A stretch of 64,000 nt of DNA from assembly GCF_006345805.1 (NCBI RefSeq), contig NC_043004.1, positions 67,270,001 through 67,334,000 of the forward strand. The letters are read 5' to 3'. Shown here piece by piece: positions 55,061 through 64,000 of the stretch (within the stretch, counting starts at the first letter, position 1; the number at the start of each line of letters is the position of its first letter). The stretch is from Octopus sinensis (lineage: Eukaryota). The notes under the pieces were generated by a model. The model made no database searches and had not been told where the DNA came from. It saw only the letters and a program-made list of their open reading frames with translations. The position numbers and the translations under genes were made by a program.

Positions 55061-55344
55061 ATAACTACCAGAAGACTTATAGTCGCATGTACATGTACGG
55101 CATGTTTCTGTGCATGAAATCATATATATTAATGTTTAATCTAAATAGAACCTTACTAAAACCTCAGTGACTCATGACTTTGTTACATAGTTTCAGATAT
55201 TTTTTTTTAATTGTTGTCACACTGCTTACCTATTTTAATTGTTTGCTTTTAAACTCAGTTATAATACAAGCGATCGAGCTTTGTGTAGAAAATATCCGAG
55301 TAAATGTTTGTCCTGCATAAATAATTAGCTGAAATAATTATCCT

Positions 55345-55735
55345 ACTCTTTTACTTGTTTCAGTCATTTAACTGCGGCCATGCTAGAGCACCACCTTTAG
55401 TCGAAGAAATCGACCCCAGAACTATTCTTTGCAAGCCTAGTACTTATTCCATCGGTCTCTTTTGTGGAACCGCTAAGTTACGGGCACGTAAACACACTAG
55501 CATAGGTTGTCAAGCGATGTTGAGGGATAAACACAGACACACAAGCATATACACATATACATACATACATATATATACATATATACGACGGGCTTCTTTC
55601 AGTTTCCGTCTACCAAATCCATTCACAAGATTTGGTCGGCCCGAGGCTATAGTAGAAGATACTTGCCCAAGGTGCCACGCAGTGGGACTGAAACCGGAAC
55701 CATGTGGTTGGTAAGGAAGTTACTTACCACACGGC
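55345..55735 (-). mobile_element. SINE family A, near full-length
   Basis: Minus: GTGTGGTAAGTAACTTCC...GGTTTCAGTCCCACTGCGTGGCACCTTGGGCAAGT... tail GGTGGTGCTCTAGCATGGCCGCAGTTAAATGACTGAAACAAGTAAAAG. Confidence 0.92.
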
Positions 55736-56010
55736 AAGGAAATACAGGCAAACATCCAAATTGAGGCCTTCTTGCGAGAGTAACATTTGTCTAATATTTG
55801 TCTAATTTTTCATTAGACTTTTGCATTCTGAAGCATATTTTCTGTATATTTTAAATTAGGCTTCGTAAGTGGTCAAGTTTTAAATGTAAGCCACAGAATT
55901 GTTCTTCTAAGGCGGAAAATTCTTCGATGAGGCATTCTATGTATTTTTAGCAACATATATAAACACGAATTTCAATATATGTTTGTGTGTGTACGCGCGT
56001 GCGCGAGTGT

Positions 56011-56058
<48 letters not shown>

Positions 56059-56298
56059 GTATGTGTGTGTGCGCGTTTGACTATTTTTTTGAGAATTCTG
56101 GCCCAACCTATATGTTGAAACCAATATTGTTATATTTTAAAAGACTTAATTGTTAGAGCCCATGTATTCATCCTCAAGATATTTTTCATTACAATAATCT
56201 GTACATATTCCAAAACAATTATTCTTTTTGAAAGGTACAGACAAGTGCACACACGCACACACACACACACACACACATGTATATACACAGACAGACAA

Positions 56299-56419
<121 letters not shown>

Positions 56420-58165
56420 GAATGAGTAATGATGCTCGGAGAATTATATTTAAAAACAGCCATACAAAATTAATTGTAGGTGTTATTGAAATAGGATATT
56501 AAACAAGGAAATATTTGGAGTATATTGAGTAGAGATATTGGCTGATTCCGTTAGAATACACACTAGAACATGTTTAAGTATAATATGTGGTATTTTGAAT
56601 CAATACTACCAAACTATAATATTTTAAATAGAATTTTAAATGAGCACTAATAATCATTCTAATGAATTTTGATGTAAATTTGTTGTTAGTGTAATCGAGA
56701 ATAAAACATTTAATCAATATGAAAGGTTTCCAGAAATTTGATCTAAATTAAATTTTGTTAATTAAATCAATTAATTTTTTCAAGAAAGGTTATAAATAAA
56801 GAAATGATTTATTAATTCTTAAAATGTCAATGAAGTACGTCTGGTATATTTCTGCGAACGTTTTCAATGAACCAATGAAGAAGATACTATTCAGTATCTA
56901 TTAATAGCAGTAACGTCTCCCTCAGTCGCACGACCAATGTTATAATATGAACTACACGTTGCTTAATATACTCCTCGATATTTCTTAGCTAATATACTCC
57001 TAGGTAGATAATAACTTGTGAACATGACTAAAATATATTCTGCGTGCGTGTTTGTCCGTTTGTTTACCATAAGTAAACGTGGGATTAAATAACGATAAAT
57101 GTATAGTTAACGATTGAGTCCTTACATAGTCACATATCCTGTTCTACACGATTGGAAATGTTTTCCTGACGGTATCAGAAGATGAGATGCTCCTAGCTGG
57201 AATACTTTAGTTCACATGTTTGATTAATCCAGGCTAACCATAATAATGAGATAAATTATAAAGAAGAAATTCCAAATCAAATATAACTCAAAAACTGAGA
57301 AAACTTCTATTAACTTAATCTGACACGCAAAAAATCAACATTAGTCTCTTCGAAAATATATATAACTGGCTATTCTAAATTATTTCCCGTCACTCATCTC
57401 TATTAAGATTATGCAAATTACCCAGGTCATAAAAGCGTTCCATTCATTTGATATATAAGTCTAAGTCCCTCGGCTACTGGAGATAAATTGTGAAAATTGT
57501 CGCGTTGAGACAAAAATATTTGTACATGATTCTCCACTTATCACCAGGCAGTAATGTTTGTACGTATCTTAAACGTCATGTCACTTTTGGAAAATCTTGA
57601 TTCTTGTATTTATCTCTCCCTCTCTTTAGCGCTGATCTGAATTATCATTTCCTTGAGGTGGAGTCAATTTTAATATAATACATTGACGAATTTATGACGT
57701 GTATTTGTCTATTGTCTCAGTGAAATCATTGCCAACTGTCTTGAATGACCACTGAAACATATATTGACAAAAAATTTGTTAGAATGGTTCTGGCAAGATT
57801 GTATACAACATCACAGCTTACGATAGTCAGTGACATACAAAAAGAGAAAAATATTCGATAGAAATTAACAAATCGCCCAATGTTATTAAATGCTTAGCAA
57901 AGGAAGAGCATGTTAGATAAGAACGTGTAAATATAAAAACGAAGATAAATTGTGTGTAGCTAAGCCAAGTTTTGTGACCGTGAATTTCTAATGTAGGGGA
58001 GCATGATCATGCGTATCATGACTCGATAGCACTTATTAACTCATTGAATCTTTGAGAAAATATATTGTATCATATATGTAGGCTTGACAACTATCTCCGT
58101 GTTGAAATTGCTATGCAAAAATGTTTAATGCGTGCATATTATATAATACAATCAAATACATATAA

Positions 58166-58277
<112 letters not shown>

Positions 58278-58320
58278 ATGTATCTCTCTCTCTCTCTATT
58301 TATATATATATATATATATA

Positions 58321-59255
58321 TTAATCAATTTAGGGTAGCAAGAAATTCAATAGAAATTATTTTGCCACCAGCGGTCTAGCGAGAAGAGGAAATAGTCAGA
58401 GACTATTAATAAATTCAACAACAATTGAGGAACGGCTACAATAGGCCGTTCGACCCACTAGAAATAGCAGCCAGGGCTCCAACCGCAAATAGTAGTAATT
58501 CCGAAATCAGAGGAAAAATTAAAAAAACATTTACCCTGTTCTTCTTTAGACAATGCATTGTTTCGGCGTTTTTTAATGGTAAACCAGCCTGATTAAATTA
58601 AATTAAACTTAATCAAGTCTATCTTCCAAAAGGCCAACGCGCTCATCAGTAAAGGAGCCAGAAGGGACAGAAATTACTCGAGGCAGCTACCTTCATGCCT
58701 CGGTAATATCTGACCTAAAATTTTCAAAATCATCGTACTCGCGCCAACTTATCGGCAGCAAATATAAACTGCTGATTCAATTTCGGAATTAATCAGAAAA
58801 TTATCAATTAATCAACTTAGGGTAGCAAAAAATTCAATATAACAGGGTAAATGTTTTTTTAATTTTTCCTCTGATTTCGGAATTACTACTATTTTCGGTT
58901 GGAGCCCTGGCTGCTATTTCTAGTGGGTCGAACGGCCTATTGTAGCCGTTCCTCAATTGTTGTTGAATTTATTAATAGTCTCTGACTATTTCCTCTTTCT
59001 CACTAGACCGCTGGTGGCAAAATAATTTCTATTGAATTTTTTGCTACCCTAAATTGATTAATTGATAATTTTCTGATTAATTCCGAAATTGAATCGGCAG
59101 TTTATATTTGCTGCCGGTAAGTTGGCGCGAGTACGATGATTTTGAAAATTTTAGGTCAGATATTATCGAGGCATGAAGGTAGCTGCCTCGTGTAATTTCT
59201 GTCCCTTCTGGCTCCTTTACTGATGAGCGCGTTGGCCTTTTGGAAGATTGACTTG
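58321..59255. mobile_element. ORF-less hammerhead retroelement (retrozyme-like): 1.07 monomers on minus (58321-58840) joined to an inverted 0.85 monomer on plus (58841-59255)
   Basis: TTAATCAA.TTAGGGTAGCA recurs at 58321 and 58808 (period 487). The plus copy reads across the same monomer junction. (TA)n on both flanks. Confidence 0.8.
58544..58654 (-). ncRNA. Type I hammerhead ribozyme, intact core
   Basis: Stem I CUUUA/UAAAG; CUGAUGA 58649-58643; stem II G-C plus GCGUU/AACGC; GAAAC 58564-58560; 12-nt palindrome ACAAUGCAUUGU; cleavage after GUC (58549/58548). Confidence 0.92.
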
Positions 59256-60210
59256 TATATATATATATATATATCAGTTAATTAAAGTTAAAACATGATA
59301 TGGTTTTCACGTTCTTTTATTATTGTATTTTAAAAAGGTTAGAATGTTAAACATTAAAAAACTATTTTGTAACGTTAATAAAATTCAATAAGCGCTTTCA
59401 TACGTTCGTAGTAATCATCAAATCATCAAATTTCAAAATGTATATAACTGACAGATGAGATCTTCACAAATGTAGTAAAATGATTGACTTCTTTTTTATC
59501 CCTCTTGAAATCTCCGACAAGCTGAAGCTTTCGAAGTTTTCTCAGTGATAAAACCATTACATGTAATCTGCATGCTAACTGGTTAAAATAAAGGCGGGAT
59601 CTATGCCAGTAGCCCCCGTGTGCCCGGCAAACCGTAACTTTAAGCTTTCTGCGGATTGGTCAAAATGGTATTCGAAAAATTCAGCTAGTTGTAGCCTTCT
59701 AAGAGGTACAAAAAGGATGCAGTTAGTCACTTCACTGTCATTTAAATACAATTTGAAATATAATGATTACTATGAACGTATGAAAGCGCCGATTGAACTT
59801 TATGTACATTACAAAATATTTTTTGTAACGTTTAACACACTTAAACTTTGTAGGAATAATATTTTTTTTATATTAGTACAAAACGTGAAAACGAGATCAT
59901 ATTTTAATTTGAATCAGCTGATATGTTGTTCAGTACACATTTATGCAAACTCTCTCTCTCTATATATATATATAAAATTAGAAAAAAAAACACATTTCAT
60001 CACTTCAAAGTGAACAATTAAATTACACCATCCCGTAGATTACATATACTTAAAAAATTGAAATTAAAATAACAATAAAATGTGAAAGATTAAGTAAATT
60101 GCCGAAAAGATAATAATAACGTATATAATAGGTAGAAAAATGATACGTGTTTCGTCGCTATATTTAAGAAATGATTATAGTAGTAGAGAAATCACTTCGA
60201 TATAAAAAAA

Positions 60211-60295
60211 AGTCTCTGACTATTTCCTCTTTCTCACTAGACCGCTGGTGGCAAAATAATTTCTATTGAATTTTTTGCTACCTTAAATTGATTAA
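60211..60295 (+). mobile_element. Terminal fragment of the 58.3-59.3 kb element
   Basis: AGTCTCTGACTATTTCC...GCTACCTTAAATTGATTAA ends at the same base as the 58321 terminus and runs into (TA)n. Confidence 0.9.
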
Positions 60296-60412
60296 ATATA
60301 TATATATATATATTATATATATATTATATTGTGTGACATTTGATTTAGTATTTCTAAATTGAATTTTTTCCTTGTAAATTTGGATTTTATTCCCTCAAAA
60401 AGTAATTATCAT

Positions 60413-60501
<89 letters not shown>

Positions 60502-60842
60502 TATATTATATATATATATTATATATATATATATTATATATATTATATATATATTATATATATATATATAAGCATGTATGTATGTATTTATGTATGTATG
60601 TATGTTTGTATGAATAGTAAAGTGCAACTTAAAGAATACTCTACAGAAGGGAAAATAATATCTGAAACAGCGCAACCGATTTTTTCTCCACTTTCACATC
60701 AGTGGTATGTGGCCAAATCTCGGGAAGAGCATTGATATAGAGGCAATGTGATTTTAAATATCTAAAAGCAAAAGTGTTTGTATACATCATAAGATTGCCT
60801 TCCGAAAATATTTGTGAATTAATCGAAAATGCACTGATGTAT

Positions 60843-61330
60843 AGGCGCAACAGTTGCTATGTGATAAGTAGCTTGCTTACAAACCACCTGGTACTCGGTT
60901 CAGTCCCATTCCGTGGCACCTTGAAGAAGTGTCTTCTACTATAGCCTCGGGCCGACCAAAGACTTGTGAGTAGATTTGGTAGACGGAAACTGAAAGAAAC
61001 CCGTCGTATATATGTGTGCGTATATATATATATGTTTGGATTAACTATATATATATATATATATATATATTTATTTCTATGTGTGTGTGTGTGTCTGTCT
61101 GTGTCTGAGTATGTGTTTGTGTGTTTATGCTTGCCCCCCCACATCGCTTGACAACTGATGCAGGTGTGTTTTCGTCTCCCTAACATAGCGGTTCGGCAAA
61201 GGAGACCGATGGAATATGTACTAGGTTTCCAAAGAATAAGTCCTGGGTTCGATTTGCTCGACTAGAGGCGGTGCCCCACCTTGACCGCAGTGAAATGACT
61301 GAAACAAGTAAAAGGGTAAAAGAGTAAGAG
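60843..61330 (+). mobile_element. SINE family A, full-length with internal microsatellite expansion
   Basis: GGCGCAACAG...GGTTCAGTCCC...CTACTATAGCCTCGGGCCGACCAAAG...GGCGGTGCCCCACCTTGACCGCAGTGAAATGACTGAAACAAGTAAAAG. Confidence 0.92.
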
Positions 61331-61429
61331 ATTATGCAATAACTACAGAAGCTTCTCATATGTTTCGTTATCACTTCTTGATCCATTGGAAGGTTTGTTA
61401 TACTTTAGATTTGGTGTCAATCGTCTCTA

Positions 61430-61943
<514 letters not shown>

Positions 61944-61952
61944 TATATAATA

Positions 61953-61987
<35 letters not shown>

Positions 61988-62596
61988 ATATATATAAATT
62001 AGGAAAAAACCACCTTCTATCAATCAAGAATGAAAAATAAATATGCCATTTAGAAAAATTACGTATTATAGAAAGATGAAATATAAGATAAAACATATAA
62101 CGATGATTAAGTAACGTGCAAAATAATAAATAGAACATATATATATGTGTGTGTGTGTGTTTATGTATATATGTATGTATGTATTACATTACTCGCGCAT
62201 ACAGTCGATCATATGTGTATGCCTGTATGAATGAATGTTTGTGAAACATATGTAGTGGATAAGAGTATTACTGGAAATTAATACACATTGCATATTAGTA
62301 CAATTATTACATGTTACATTCGTTTTGTGATAGATATCAGCTACGTACATTAACATGGGAGTATGCTATTTGGAATCAAACAGAGCTTAGAAATACCTTA
62401 GAAATATATGATATAAATGGACTCAAATATGCCTTAGAAATACCTAAGAAGTATACAATACAACTGAGATAAACGTGGTCCGTTATTTTCGTGTGGTTAT
62501 GCAAGCCATAGAAAACATCTGGTGTTTCTTCATTCCATCATAAAATAGGCACTATTTAGCTAGGAGGTATACAAACTTGGACATAAAATGATGATT

Positions 62597-62627
<31 letters not shown>

Positions 62628-62676
62628 TGTATATACTGAACTTATATACATATATATATATATATTATATATATAT

Positions 62677-62736
<60 letters not shown>

Positions 62737-62772
62737 TGTTAGATAGATATGTATGTATATAACGGAACGCAT

Positions 62773-62811
<39 letters not shown>

Positions 62812-63129
62812 CTATTATATTCTAGCAAATTGTATATGTGGGTGTGAGCTTGCATGTATGTACGTATGTGGGTGTTTGTATGTAAGTATCTATTTACGTA
62901 TGTAATATGTCATCAGTAAAAAAAAAAACACATAAAAACATGAATAGTTTCGAGATGAAATCTCACCATAGAAAGAAGATTGAGAAAGATAAACACACAT
63001 ACACACACACATACAAAAAAATAATAATAATAAGTACACCAGAAAAATTAAAATAAAGTATAAAAATATATACGAGATACAAAGAAACCCTATATATTTT
63101 GTTGCTGTAACGAAAGAAAAAAAAAAACT

Positions 63130-63470
63130 CTTCGACGAGATATCATAATAGCCGCATAATCTTGCACTAACCTTTTCCTACAGAACATTATACAGATGTA
63201 TAGTATTGACTGGTAACGAAGTATAGGCTTAAAAGGTTTTGCAGATTTGCTTTGCATACGTGGAATCGACCATTAAATAAAAGAATAATGGACATTTTTG
63301 CTCCAGAAGACATCAATATCATTTTATAGAAATTTATGCGGCTAAAATCAATACGACGCCATTGTGTAGCCCCCGAACCAAATGGATCTGGACTCTTTGC
63401 AAGGTGTTGCCGTAATGATATATCTTATAATTCATGCACAACAACTAATAAGTCGCATTTGATTTTTGTC
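63130..63470 (-). pseudogene. Possible Tc1/mariner transposase remnant
   Basis: Faint echoes (GA..TQW, FWSK) only. Confidence 0.2.
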
Positions 63471-63592
63471 TATGAATAACGTATATATATGTATGTATGT
63501 GTATATACTAGTGCGTGTATCTGCAGTGGACCGTATGTGTTTATGTATCTAATACATTTTAATGTATATGTGTGTATGCATGTAACGTTCAT

Positions 63593-63634
<42 letters not shown>

Positions 63635-63648
63635 ACACACACACACAC

Positions 63649-63711
<63 letters not shown>

Positions 63712-64000
63712 GAACATACATATGTGTGTGAGCGTTTGGGTTCGGGAATTGTACTCATGTCTTCTGGAGCCCAAAGATGTCCCTTATTTATTTGGCTGGC
63801 TAATATGACTATTACCCCGCTTTCAAAGGTGCAGTTGTCACAATCTGAGTTACGCGGAATCTCCCTGAGTATTACGTTCATGGTACGCGTGGCTCTGGAC
63901 TGCTGAGTCACGTGCACGTTAATCTCACGAGGACGCTGTTCTGTTAATCGATTCAACTGGAACACACCATAGTTAGCGACGGAGATCCAGTTACTACTAT

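Noticed and set aside
59590-59670. Promoter (GGCGGG and ATTGG motifs)
   Set aside because: Short motifs expected by chance, with no adjacent gene.

Overview
This is eukaryotic, very AT-rich, microsatellite-saturated DNA. The SINE, LINE and (TA)n content looks like an octopus/coleoid cephalopod genome, but that is an inference from repeat recognition. I found no convincing host protein-coding exon, rRNA, tRNA gene or CRISPR array, and most ORFs in the supplied track are translations of microsatellites. The window is a graveyard of mobile elements: a near-full-length decayed APE-RT LINE (26.7-30.7 kb) with shorter relatives, Dong/R4 and RTE fragments, decayed hAT transposases, and at least three tRNA-derived SINE families. 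The main result is a cluster of type I hammerhead ribozymes (HHRs) read directly from the sequence. Three have intact cores (32170-32230 minus, 47484-47574 plus, 58544-58654 minus), and several more are damaged or half copies. Two belong to a 5'-truncated Penelope-like element that retains a GIY-YIG endonuclease. One sits in an ORF-less, highly structured 487-nt head-to-tail unit (58321-59255) that looks like a non-LTR retrozyme, i.e. a putative circular-RNA-forming retroelement. The LINE 3' tail is shared with one SINE family and forms a ready-made splice acceptor in antisense. All alignments, folds and family assignments were done by eye; boundaries of decayed elements are approximate.
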